64,000 nucleotides of DNA, taken from contig OZ024741.1 in assembly GCA_964016885.1 (NCBI GenBank), positions 400,644,001 through 400,708,000 of the forward strand, read 5' to 3'. Source of the DNA: Eledone cirrhosa. Taxonomy: Eukaryota. A program made the position numbers and the translations under genes. The notes below the pieces were generated by a model. The model was not told the DNA's origin and ran no database searches. It saw nothing but the letters and a program-made list of their open reading frames with translations. The stretch's first letter is position 1, and every line of letters starts with the position of its first letter. This document shows positions 1 to 9,709 of the stretch, in pieces.

Positions 1-85
1 GGAAGATCACTGATGAAGGACTAAATTTATTCATATGTAACCCATTGCAACCACGCAGCACGCCATGTTTTCATATTCAAACACA

Positions 86-88
<3 letters not shown>

Positions 89-160
<72 letters not shown>
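89..160. repeat. (AT)n microsatellite
   Basis: Near-perfect run of about 35 AT units; explains the spurious YIYI ORF 45..230. Confidence 0.97.
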
Positions 161-161
<1 letters not shown>

Positions 162-543
162 TTGGTAAAAGGAAAAGAAAATGCTGACAAATTGTTCACA
201 GTGAAAAATAGTTTAATTAGGAATAAGTAAAAATTAGTAATAGTATTGGTTAGTATTCAGTTTTGGTTTTAAGTTTTACCGTTTGCGCATTTCTAATGCT
301 TTTCAAAAATAATTTTGAGATAGAGCGTCCGTGATGTTTGCTCTAATCAGATTAGTTTTGGAAATTCTACCTGTTTTATATAAAACAAGGTGGCTCCAGA
401 TGTATGAAAAAATTCTGTTGGTCAAAACAATTTTGATTGGTCGGTAGAGGTCATGTGAATGTTAAAAATTGATTTTGCGCCAAATGTAGGTTTGTCTCGG
501 CTGATTGAGAAGTCACTGAAAAATAAGTCTTTCAAGACAAATA

Positions 544-659
544 TGTGTGTCTGTGTGTGTGTGTAGTAGTAGTAGTAAAGAGGTTCGTTGTTGTGATAAT
601 GGTCAGCAGGGATGTGTGTGCGAACCGCAGCCTGCTGACAGTTCAAATGCCTATTAAGA

Positions 660-660
<1 letters not shown>
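544..660 (-). mobile_element. Possible 3' end of a non-LTR retroelement (structured 3' UTR with (TAC)n tail) between (CA)n tracts
   Basis: (GTA)n at ~563-577 reads as a (TAC)n tail on the minus strand. Complementary blocks at 582-587/621-626 and 602-610/631-639. Confidence 0.3.
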
Positions 661-662
<2 letters not shown>

Positions 663-707
<45 letters not shown>

Positions 708-780
708 TTTGTATGTTAATGTACGCGTGGGTATGTGTGTGTGTGTATATATGTGTGTGTGTGTGTATGTGTGTGTGTGG
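663..780. repeat. (GT)n microsatellite, perfect then degenerate
   Basis: Perfect GT run 663-706, interrupted GT/GTAT run to ~780; source of the CVCV/THTH ORFs. Confidence 0.95.
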
Positions 781-789
781 GGGGGGGAC

Positions 790-2881
790 CAGTATTTTTG
801 TGATACTGATAAAAATGGTGTACATTATTCGATATTTTCAGTAAAAACGATTCTCTCAATAGAACATCAAAAACCTTAATAATAAAAGGTGTGAAATGAT
901 ATATAATATTGGTATAATACCAAGGTGTGTGTGAGTGTCCAGATTGTACGTACTGCAAGGGGAATCCATTAGGCCTTGCCGTATTGGAATACTTGTGTAC
1001 AAATATGTATGTGCCCATCAGTGTGCAATGGATGCGTGCGTATATGTATGTGTGTGTGTCGGCACGTTTATATCTATAGACATCAAAAGGTATGCAAATT
1101 TGTGTATATTTGTGTTGCACCATAGAACATGTGTGTTTACGTATGTCATTGTGTTTATATGTGGATAGAGATGTATGCTGATGTAGGTATGTATGTTGAC
1201 GTGTGTATGTTGTGGGTTCGTCTTAGGGAGAAGTGTTTAGACGGGGTCCGTATTTGTTAATAAAGTGAGATTCCTTTCTGATGCGCTGGGTGTGGGTGGC
1301 ATTATCTTTAAATTTGTAGAGGGGAAAGATTCTGAAGTTGGGATGATTTGGGGCGGCACAGGTATCAATGTGTTCATTCAGTGGTATTTTCCTGTATTCC
1401 CGTATTTTAATTTGGGATCTATGGACAGTCATGCGTTGGCGGAGGCTGTTTTTGGTCTGGTCTATGTATTGTTAATACATATATTAGATTTTCTGATGAG
1501 CATGTGAAATTGTGTTTTACTATAAAACGTTGTCCTTCTTTGAAATAGAATTCCGAACCCTCTATTAGGTTGATGCATATGCCACAGTTGGGTCTATCGC
1601 ATTTTTTTACTGTGGGTTTCGTTGTTGTGGTTGGCAGTACTTAGCATGTGTTAGGATGTTTTTCATTGACTTAGATTGTCTTTTGCTCTTTATGATATCG
1701 TGTGTTCGTAGGATTTGGTTCATTCTATGGTCTTTTTTCAACACAGGGATGTTCTGGGGGATGATGTCAAAGGCCTCATTGTTGAGGGGGTTGTGTGTGG
1801 AGATGTATGGAAGAGCTTTTAGTTTCGGTTGATTTACTTTAGGGTGTCTAAGGTCCTGGGTACTGAATTTTAGGGCACGTTGGATTCCATTGTCAATTAG
1901 TGATGCAGGGTAGTCCCTGCCTATGAGTGTGTCCTTTAGTTCTTGTAGCCGTAAGTAACAGGTGTTTTTATTGGAGACTATAGTACAGATTCTCTTGGCT
2001 AAGTTGTAGGGAATATTAATTTTAACGTGTCAATGGGGGGCAAGAGTTGAAAGGAAGATATTGCTTGGAGTCTGTGGGCTTGTAGTATATGTCTGTTTCT
2101 ATTTTTTTGTTATGAATCTTAATGAGGATGTCGAGGAAGGGGAGTTGTTGATGGCTGTATTCCATCGTGAAGTTAATATTCGTGTTGAGCCCATTTATAA
2201 GGGTGTGAAATTCTTTAAGTTTCTCGATGTTTTCGTGCCAAAGGATGAAGCAGTCATCTAGATATCGCTTCCAGTTCCTTTCTATGTGTAAGTGGAGAGT
2301 GTTTCCAAATGTGTTTAGTACTTTAGTGTAGAGGGTGATTTCCAGGTATCCCATGACTAGGTTGGCATAAGTGGGGGCTGTTTTCGTTCCCATAGGGTCC
2401 CATATTTCTGCCTGTAGGGTTTGTTATTGAAAACGAAGTAATTGTTCTCCAAGATAAATTTGAGTCCCTCTATCACGAATTCTTTTTTGATGCGTTGTGG
2501 GAGTTCATTGTGGTAATTATCCAGCCAGAATTGGATAGCTTCTATTCCTAGGTTGTGGGGGATGTTGGAGTATAGGTTGACTACATCGAACGTCACTAGT
2601 AGGGTTTGTTCAGAAAAGGGCATATTAGGGAGGTGATTGAGCATATCTAGGTCGTCCCTTATATAGCTTTTGATGTGTTTGAGAAAAGGCTTGAGAAGGG
2701 TATCGATGAAGTTGCTAAGGCGGTGGGTTTCGCAAGCGGGGCCTGCTATTATAGGTCTTAATTTGAGATCATTGGGTGAGGGAACATTGATGACTATGTC
2801 TGTGGCTTCCTTGCATGGCTTACTTATTAATTCGCTTTTATGTACTTTAGGGATACTGTAGAAAAGGGATACCGTAGAAAA
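790..2881 (-). mobile_element. Penelope-like retroelement (Neptune-type), 5'-truncated and degenerate, with probable 3' non-coding part ~790-1222
   Basis: Minus-strand translation gives FYxIPKVHK (start), RPIIAGP, LLVTFDVVNLYSNIP, MGTKTAPTYANL, WKRYLDDCF, LPFLDILI, TDIYYKPTDSKQYL, a Cys-rich linker CDRPNCGIC...FTCSSENLIY, and a GIY-YIG end YIDQT...RMTVH...EHI...E..FI......LN. The 3' boundary is approximate. Confidence 0.9.
1223..2881 (-). pseudogene. Frameshifted PLE reverse transcriptase / GIY-YIG endonuclease ORF
   Basis: ORF-track pieces 2357..2644, 2022..2393 and 1223..1432 are consecutive parts of one protein. Frameshifts near 2395, 2035 and 1470; small deletion between the LIY and YI(G/D) motifs. 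Confidence 0.9.
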
Positions 2882-3037
2882 CTATATATATATAGCTAGG
2901 GAAGCAGAAAATTGCTTATTGTAATCTAGTTCGTGGATAATAATTGTTGTTCACCTCCAAATTTTCAAAATAGTGAATAAGTTACTCTTAAAAGGTTCTT
3001 AATATATAGAAAAACATTTTTTTGGAATTGTATTTAC

Positions 3038-3154
3038 TAGTATAGAGAGAGAGGAAGGAGGACAAAAGGAATTAGAAAGTAGATTGACAAACGGAGTAGT
3101 ATAGAGACAGAGAGGAAGGGGTAGAAGAATTAGGAAGTAGAGTGACAAATGGAG
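3038..3154. repeat. Diverged ~58-60 bp tandem duplication, purine-rich
   Basis: TAGTATAGAGA..GAGGAAGG..GAATTAG.AAGTAGA.TGACAAA.GGAG occurs twice in succession. Confidence 0.8.
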
Positions 3155-3287
3155 ATGGGGTAAAGGTAAAAGGATTCCTCAGTCAGTTTTGATTCGTAGA
3201 CTTCATGTCGTCGATTTACAGTGTAGGGAGTTAAAGAGAATTAAATTGTTTATAGTGGGGGAGAGAGGGGGGAGGGGGGGTAACCAT

Positions 3288-3484
3288 CAATACACCTTGA
3301 AGAGGAAAAAAATATCTAACGCACCCCCATATCGGAGTGGTATGAGAAGCTGTCGATTATGTGACCTTGAACTGTTCCACATTTTGAGTTTGAAGAATAA
3401 GTTACTCAACAATAAAATCAACTCAAATGTAACCATAGACTCAAAGAAAAGTTTTCGCACTACAAGTGCAAATCGAACCCTTAA
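3288..3484 (+). mobile_element. Penelope-like element fragment: C-terminus of a CxLC-type GIY-YIG endonuclease
   Basis: YTLKRKKISNAPPYRSGMRSCRLCDLELFHIL...LLN, then after a frameshift KCNHRLK...stop at 3484. Matches the Y...CxLCxxE...LLN...KCxH pattern also seen at 5155-5517. Confidence 0.7.
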
Positions 3485-3579
3485 CCTCTTACTACCACCT
3501 GACAAACTGCATTTACTTAGACTTTCTACCCTCTTATTGTATCTAACCCCTTTAATTACCCACAATAACCAATACCTAT

Positions 3580-3755
3580 ATCCCTCCCTCCTCCTTCACT
3601 CCTTTTCTCTTTTTTTTTCGTTTTCTTCCTTTCCTCTTTCCCTTTTTTGTTATCTTTTCTCCCCCCCCCCCACCCTTCTTTATTTTTATTTTTATTTATA
3701 TATATATTTAGCTCTCTATCCCCCTCCTCTCTCTCTCTCCCTCTCTCTCTCTCCA
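3580..3755. repeat. Pyrimidine-rich low-complexity tract ((CT)n, poly-T, poly-C)
   Basis: Directly visible. Confidence 0.85.
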
Positions 3756-4146
3756 TTACTATAGTTATTATAGTCACATTTTCTACAGAGCTTCACATAA
3801 ATGTTTTCTTCAAGCATACTATTGGCAAATACCAGCTTTTGTTGTCATTTTATAACCATGAGAAACATTAGACGTCCACCCTATCAGTCGGGTTGACTGA
3901 AATTTGCTTTTAGATATTTTAAAAGCTGTTTCAAGATGTTTTTTTTTATATTGCTAAATGTTTAAATTGATAAAAATGTTTCACTTAGAAGTGACAGGTA
4001 AAGATGCTTACAACAGTAAGAGCCAGAGCTGAACTTTCATCTGCTGAGGCCCTAAGCTATATGAAATTTGAGGACCCTCTCAAAAATAATATAATTATTT
4101 TTTATATTAATGTTAATGATAAAAATTAAATTATATGTATATATAT

Positions 4147-4291
4147 ATATTGTTATATTTGGGGAGGGTCATATTGTTATAATATTGCCAGAAATAATAA
4201 CAGAACACTCTCACTGTTTGGTTTTGAGTGTGTTCTGTTATTATTTCTGGCAATATTATAACAATATGACCCTCCCCAAGTATAACAATAT
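4147..4291. repeat. Long inverted repeat: 62-bp arms (4147-4208, 4230-4291), 21-bp spacer
   Basis: The arms are reverse complements with a single mismatch. Confidence 0.93.
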
Positions 4292-4342
4292 TTGTTTCGA
4301 CACACGATTTCATATCAAAAACCTTGCAAAACAAATATATAT

Positions 4343-4380
4343 ACACACACACACACACACACATATCTATATATATATAT

Positions 4381-4466
<86 letters not shown>

Positions 4467-4525
4467 ATATATATAATGTATATATATATATATATATATA
4501 ATGTATATATATATATATATATATA

Positions 4526-4566
<41 letters not shown>
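4343..4566. repeat. Compound (CA)n/(TA)n microsatellite, ~220 bp
   Basis: Directly visible; includes three TAATGTA interruptions at ~26 bp spacing. Confidence 0.97.
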
Positions 4567-4569
<3 letters not shown>

Positions 4570-5010
4570 GAAAGAAATTGAAAATGCAACTGTAGTTTAT
4601 GTTTAAACTCTCCATCTCAATTTTACTTTTTAAAATCATAAGAACTGTGAAACCGGTAAAGTATATTCTTAAAAAACTCCAGTTGCATTTTTAATTTCTT
4701 TTCATTATATCTTTACCTGTGTGGGACATTTAAAAAAATCCCTTACTTTCTTATATATATATAATTTTTCATGATTTAGTTTTAAAGAATAAAAGCGGGA
4801 GGGTGTGGCCCTCAATTATAGCTTATTTAGTTTATAGTTAAGTCCTGCACTGGTAACTAACGTAATCAAGTAGAACTCAAAACTGTTTAATTAAACACAC
4901 ACAGATTTAGTCACTTATATACAGTGGCATAGATTGAGTTTGTGCCACACCTGGACAGCCTTTTACTTCACCACCCACATATATACAGGTTTATACAACA
5001 CACCCAAAAT

Positions 5011-5158
5011 TGTGCATGGACTAGTGGTAAGTGTATTGGACTTACAATCACAGTGTCGTGGGTTTGATTCCTGGACTGGGTTGTGTGTTGTGTTCTTGAG
5101 CAAAATACTTCATTTCTAGTTGCTCCAGTATACTCAGCTGAAAATGAGTATCAGCAAT
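5011..5158 (+). mobile_element. tRNA-derived SINE, family 1 (3'-truncated)
   Basis: Pol III A box TGGACTAGTGG and B box GGTTTGATTCC, then GTGTTCTTGAGCAAAATACTT...TGCTCCAGTATACTCAGCTG. Homologous to the inverted copy at 9744-10022. Confidence 0.85.
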
Positions 5159-5517
5159 ATAGTATGGTGGAAGATCGGTTTAAACAAGGTTTTTACTCGC
5201 ATCTCCACTCCTTCAGGAATCCTGATATTAGAACCACTACAGGCCTGGCAAAATAGGTCTGACAATTAAAGGAGAAAGGAATCCCACATAAGATTACTTG
5301 GAAGACACTTGAAAGATCAAGTTCTTACACCAATGGTACTAAGAGATGTCGTCTCTGTCTTTGTGAGAAATTTAGAATATTACAAGGTTTATCATCTCCA
5401 AACAATAATTACTTGAACTCAAAGAACGAAATTTTTAGAGGATGCCTCCATCTCAAACCCCAACTGCTTGCTAAGTGGAAATACTTAACAAATTCAGCTG
5501 GTTTTCAACCACCTTAA
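5155..5517 (+). mobile_element. Penelope-like element fragment: GIY-YIG endonuclease C-terminal half (CxLC type, Naiad/Nematis-like; clade tentative)
   Basis: Frame +1: SMVEDRFKQGFYSHLHSFRNPDIRTTTGLAK*V*QLKEKGIPHKITWKTLERSSSYTNGTKRCRLCLCEKFRIL...YLNSKNEIFRGCLH...stop at 5517. Two in-frame stops. Confidence 0.85.
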
Positions 5518-5609
5518 TTTGATTTACACATTTATATCTTTTCTCTCTCTTTCCACACTTCCATAACAAAATACACTTTATAAACTACTCTACTCCATAT
5601 AATAAATAT

Positions 5610-6013
5610 CACTGCAGAAGATATTGAACGGCTGGAGAGAAATAAAGCAAGCATGCTCCGTTGGATGTGCAATGTCAATGTGCGTGAACGACCAAGCATA
5701 GATGAGTTGAGAGAGAAACTGTGTTTAAGAGGGATAAGTTGTAGTGTGTGGGAGAGAAGACTGCAATGGTATGGACATGTGATGCACATGGAGGATGACC
5801 GCTGGGTAAAGAAGTGCCAAGAAATCCCAGTAGATGGAAGACGCAGTAGAGGAAGACTACGAAAAACATGGGCGGAGGTGGTGAGATCAGACCTCAGATT
5901 GCTGAAGCCCACGGAGGAGATGACGAAGTGGGGAGATGCTGTGCTGAATAGGACCCGTCCCACCCTTGCAAGCAGGGAAAAGCGGATGTAAAATGAGGAT
6001 GATGATGATGATG
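5610..6013 (+). mobile_element. RTE-clade LINE 3' fragment with (GAT)n tail
   Basis: MLRWMCNV...ERRLQWYGHVMHMEDDRWVKKC...GRRSRGRLRKTW is the typical RTE C-terminus; ends in a GATGAT tail. Confidence 0.92.
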
Positions 6014-6319
6014 ACCATCTCTATATTACATTCCCCCACGAAATACTATACTTCAACTATAGCCTACCAACACTAACACGTGTATGATCTTGCTTTTCAA
6101 ATTTACATCTTGGAGTTATTACCCTTTATTATAATACATTTTTCGTAAACTAACGTTTTTAGCACACATTACTTTTTAGCAGTATATTATAACCTCTTAT
6201 AAGCCCCTTAAGATTAGATCACAACTTTGATCCCTCTTACATTATGGAAACATGGATAATATTTGGCCTTGAAACCATAGGTGGCGCTTTTGTTCTGTGT
6301 ATGAACATAAATAAATAAT

Positions 6320-6507
6320 TGTTTCTACTTTTGGCACAAGGCCAGCAATTATCCCGGTGTATTACTGGTACTTTATTTTATCAACACTGTAAGGATGAAA
6401 GGCAAAGTTAACCTCTGTGGGATTTGAACTCAGAAAGTAAAGAGCCATAACGCTATGCTGCAAAGCATAGTGTCTGACACTCTACCGATGCTGCCAATCG
6501 ACCGCCC
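6320..6507 (-). mobile_element. tRNA-related SINE, family 2
   Basis: Contains AGGATGAAAGGCAAAGTTAACCTC..GGATTTGAACTCAG; 12-bp TSD TAAATAAATAAT (6308-6319, 6508-6519); homologous to 9082-9270. Confidence 0.85.
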
Positions 6508-6722
6508 TAAATAAATAATATAGTTAAAGAAGAAAACTCAAATCATTCATTTGTTTTATCTTGGACTGTTTCAGCTTCGCATTTGAAAAGAGAGTAATAA
6601 CCCTGAAATATCACGGCATAATATCCTGGGTAAAACATTACTTTGTTTCATTTACCATCGTTTGCCCTTCGTATTTTCTACCACATTGTACCGGCTTTTA
6701 AAAAACGTATTGGTCATTTACT

Positions 6723-6777
<55 letters not shown>
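6723..6777. repeat. (CA)n(TA)n microsatellite
   Basis: Directly visible. Confidence 0.95.
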
Positions 6778-6779
<2 letters not shown>

Positions 6780-7100
6780 ATGGCTACCCCCCTCGTTAAC
6801 GAGTATGGCCATTGCATGATATAACATTATTAATAATTATCAATTAATGCTATCGTGCAATGCCTGTGCGTGAAGATTTTTTTTAAATGAGGAAAGACTG
6901 TGCACTGAGCTAATCCCACTCTCCTAGCAACAGTAGCTATAACCCGAAAAATTTGGTAACTACTGAGCCGCAGGTTTTATGTCGGAGTTATCCCGGTTTC
7001 CTGGGTTGCCTTCTCCGAGAAGAATGCTCTGACAAAAGCTAAGGGTCCTTCACTCCCAGTGGTTTAACCCCGCAATCGGATATCCAGCCCGATTATTTCT
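6778..7100 (-). mobile_element. Short non-coding interspersed element A (RTE 5'-UTR-like)
   Basis: Its reverse complement shares ordered blocks with 7410-7817: GACCC.TTAGC.TTTGTCA, GGAGAAGG, AACTC.GA.ATAA.ACCTGC, GAGAGTGGGA, CTTCAC(G)GCACAGGCATTGC, and the terminal CTCG-N4-CGAG hairpin. Confidence 0.7.
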
Positions 7101-7109
7101 ATGTCCCTG

Positions 7110-7208
7110 CACATATACATACATATGCATACACATGTACATATATACACATGTACATATACATACATATGTACATGTGTACATATATACACATGTACAT
7201 ATACATAT
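7110..7208. repeat. TACA/CATG-based low-complexity minisatellite
   Basis: Repeats of TACATATATACACATGTACATATACATA. Confidence 0.85.
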
Positions 7209-7817
7209 GTCAGGTCACCAGTTGGTGCTACTGGTAACATGTATCTCAGTACAACCTGTCTCATGGTCGGGTTGTTGGCGACTAAACTGGCAACCCCACC
7301 AAGGTTTCTTGGTGAGGAGGGTGACTTTCGACATCCTGCAGGACTAAAAACAAAACCTGTCAAAGGGCAAAGGAGCTCTTAAGAGTCAATGTCCATCCAA
7401 AATCACCGGGAGAGATGACCCCTTAGCCTTTGTCAAGGCAGAATTCTAGGAGAAGGAAAACTCTGATATAACACCTGCAACCCTGATGGTATCCAATGAT
7501 GTTGACTTGTTCTTCTTTTTGGTAAATATCATCTTGGTTAAGAGAGTGGGACTGGCTTTGTGCAGTGCCTTTGCTCACTATAAAAGCTTCACGGCACAGG
7601 CATTGCTTTATATCTGGAGATCTCTCTGCACTTGTCATCACATAGTACCATGGGCCCAGCACTATGTGTCAATAATTGTCACAGGTGTAGTGTTTGTACC
7701 AGAGTTTTCAAGTCGCTGGCTGGACTAAAAAGTCACACTCGTTCAGCGCATCGGTAGGGGTTCTCCTACATGGATATAAAGTAGTGGCCGTACTCGAAAA
7801 CGAGTTGGCAGCCACCA
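7208..7817 (+). mobile_element. Short non-coding interspersed element B (RTE 5'-UTR-like, longest copy)
   Basis: Contains TCTAGGAGAAGGAAAACTCTGA, a motif I recall from RTE 5' UTRs. The 5' ~200 bp match 7861-8058 inverted and the 3' part matches 6778-7100 inverted. No credible ORF. Confidence 0.7.
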
Positions 7818-7860
7818 CATATACATACATATGGTCATGTGTATATACATATTTACACAT

Positions 7861-8058
7861 TTAGGATGGCCGTTGACTCTTATGAGTTCTTCCGCCCTTT
7901 GTCAGGTTTTGTTTTTTTTGTCCTGCAGGGTGCCCAAAATCACCCACCTCACCAAGTAAACTTAGTGGGGTTGAAGGTTTAGTTGCCGACGACCCAACCA
8001 TGTGACAGGTTGTACTGGGTTACATGTGTTACCAATAGCACTCAAGAGTGACCCGACA
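7861..8058 (-). mobile_element. Element C: 5' fragment of the same family as B
   Basis: Reverse complement aligns to 7208-7402 (CAGTACAACCTGTC, CTTGGTGAGG, CCTGCAGGAC, AAACAAAACCTG, TAAGAGTCAA). Confidence 0.8.
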
Positions 8059-8074
8059 AAGTATATATATATAT

Positions 8075-8902
8075 ATCATCATCATCATCATCATCATCAT
8101 TTTACGTCCGCTTTTCCCTGCTTGCAAGGGTGAGACGGGTCCTATCAGCACAGCATCTCTCCACTTGTCACAGTCCTTTGTCATCTCCACCATGAGCTTC
8201 AGCAATCTGAGGTCTGCTCTCACCACCTCCGCCCATGTTTCTTGTGGTCTAGCTCTACTGCGTCTTCCTTCAACTGACATTTCTTGGCACTTCTTTACCC
8301 AGCGGTCATCCTTCATACGCATCACATGTCCATACCATCTCAGTCTCCTCTCCCGCACACTACAACTTATCCCTCTTAAACACAGTTTCTCTCTCAATAC
8401 ATCCATGCTCGGTCGTTCACGCACATTGACATTGCACATCCAACGGAGCATGCTTGCCTCATTTCTCTCCAGCCGTCGCATGTCCTCTGCAGTTGCTGCC
8501 CATGTCTCACTACCATGCAGCTTCGCGCACCTCACACAGGCATCATATAACTGGCCTTTCGTATGCAGGGAGAAACCCTTCTTCGTCAGCAGAGGAAGCA
8601 GCTCCCTAAACTTCTTCCAGCCCGTCCTTATCCTAGATACTATGGCCTCGGAACCCCACCCCCTCCTCCCATACTAATCTGATCACCTAGGTACCGGAAG
8701 CTATCAACCACTTCTATAGCACCCGCCTGCATTTGAAAAATGTGTCTATCAATGCGACTTCTACTGTCAAATTTCCCTGTACATCTACTGCATACGTATT
8801 TTTCCCTACCTGTTAGTTTGCCTGCTATCCCGCTACATCTCTTGTCTACCCAAGATCTGCATTGTGTACATTTTATAGAATTTATGCCAGTTCCTTTTCT
8901 AT
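8075..8902 (-). mobile_element. RTE-clade LINE 3' fragment (~830 bp) with (GAT)n tail, inserted in (TA)n
   Basis: RKGTGINSIKCTQC..WVDKRC...C..C Cys-rich region, EVVDSFRYLGDQI, frameshift near 8660, then LHGSETW...MLRWMC...RRLRWYGHVMRM. (CAT)n at 8075-8100. Same family as 5610-6013. Confidence 0.93.
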
Positions 8903-9081
8903 ATATATTATATAAATATAATTGCACAGATGTAAATATGTACATCACCATGTGTATTGTTTTTTAAGTACAAATATGTATTTGCACCACCCTGGAAATA
9001 TTTGTGCGTCTGTGTATACATAAATGTATATTCTCACATATTTTTTATAACACATTCTCGTATTAATTTACAAGCTTCCTC

Positions 9082-9270
9082 AAGGGCGGTGGATTGGCAG
9101 TATCGTTAGAGGGTCGGACGCCATGCTTTGACGCATAGAGTTGCGGCCCTTTACGTCTTGTGTTAAAATCCCACCGAGGTTAACTTTGCCTTTCATCTTT
9201 ATGGGGTTGATAAAATAACGTACCAGTAATACACTGGGTAATTGCTGGCCTTGTACCAAAAGTAGAAACG
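9082..9270 (+). mobile_element. tRNA-related SINE, family 2, full length
   Basis: Perfect 20-bp TSD ATTAATTTACAAGCTTCCTC (9062-9081, 9271-9290); core GAGGTTAACTTTGCCTTTCATC..GGGGTTGATAAAATAA.GTACCAG. Confidence 0.9.
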
Positions 9271-9360
9271 ATTAATTTACAAGCTTCCTCCCATTGTATA
9301 ATTATTGTTGTTGAATAATCTGACAAAGCTGTATTTTTCCTTTATTTCTTTACAGTAACT

Positions 9361-9436
9361 ATGTATAAGTTGATGCCATCAATTCTCCTCTTCTTCTTCT
9401 TCTTCTTCTGTTTATCACTAACAGTCACCAATGGAG
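9361..9436 (+). CDS. First coding exon of a secreted or membrane protein: signal peptide MYKLMPSILLFFFFFFCLSLTVTNG (exon 9356-9436, phase-1 donor)
   Basis: Strong acceptor TTTTTCCTTTATTTCTTTACAG ending at 9355; ATG at 9361 with A at -3; basic n-region, hydrophobic core, T-N-G fitting the -3/-1 cleavage rule; donor GAG|GTAAGA at 9437. Lies in non-repeat sequence. Confidence 0.72.
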
Positions 9437-9480
9437 GTAAGAACAATGTTTTCTTCCAAGAAAAATTAATAATTTCTTCT

Positions 9481-9709
9481 TTAACCCTTTAACATTTAAA
9501 CCTGCCGTATCCGGCCAGAATTCTCTCACTTCTTTCTGTTCAAACCGGCTGTAACTGGCCACTCATACTTATGTCAAGGTATTGTTCTCAAAATAAATAA
9601 TATCAAAATCTCATAGATTTGATATTATGTGAGATAATTATGAGAGATAAAGTTTTTACTCTAAAAATACAATGGTAGATATATAGAAATGTAAATGTTA
9701 TAGGATTAA
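9481..9709. mobile_element. piggyBac-type MITE 1
   Basis: TTAA-CCCTTTAACATTT ... AAATGTTATAGGA-TTAA (15/17 inverted match including the TTAA sites). Confidence 0.75.

Larger units (their letters stand above)
4024..4852. mobile_element. Possible old non-autonomous DNA transposon (hAT-like ends)
   Basis: Imperfect terminal inverted repeats CAGAGCTGAACTT / AAGTCCTGCACTG, with subterminal GGCCCT motifs at both ends. The putative 8-bp TSD matches only 4/8 (GTAAGAGC vs GTAACTAA). Confidence 0.35.

Noticed and set aside
45-1168. ORFs with YIYI/CVCV/THTH repeats (also 4110-4639 and 7064-7382)
   Set aside because: Translations of dinucleotide microsatellites.
1493-1509. CTGATGAG..GAAA hammerhead-like core (also CTGATGA at 10-16 and in the SINE near 9765)
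   Set aside because: No supporting stems. The 1493 site is the antisense of PLE coding sequence (FTCSSE).
3789-3997. Upstream non-coding exon (TTTTCTACAG ... CAG|GTAAAG)
   Set aside because: Plausible 5' UTR exon for the 9356 gene, but splice-like motifs alone are insufficient without transcript data.
5011-5085. tRNA gene (also ~9950-10022)
   Set aside because: A and B boxes are present but the cloverleaf is degenerate and continues into a SINE body.
5254-5262. In-frame TGA as selenocysteine in a Naiad-like PLE
   Set aside because: It aligns to a Trp position (K-Y-V-W pattern), and a TAG lies two codons upstream, so this is ordinary decay.
5532-8967. ORFs 5532..5963(-), 8048..8677(+), 8740..8967(+)
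   Set aside because: Antisense frames of RTE fragments.
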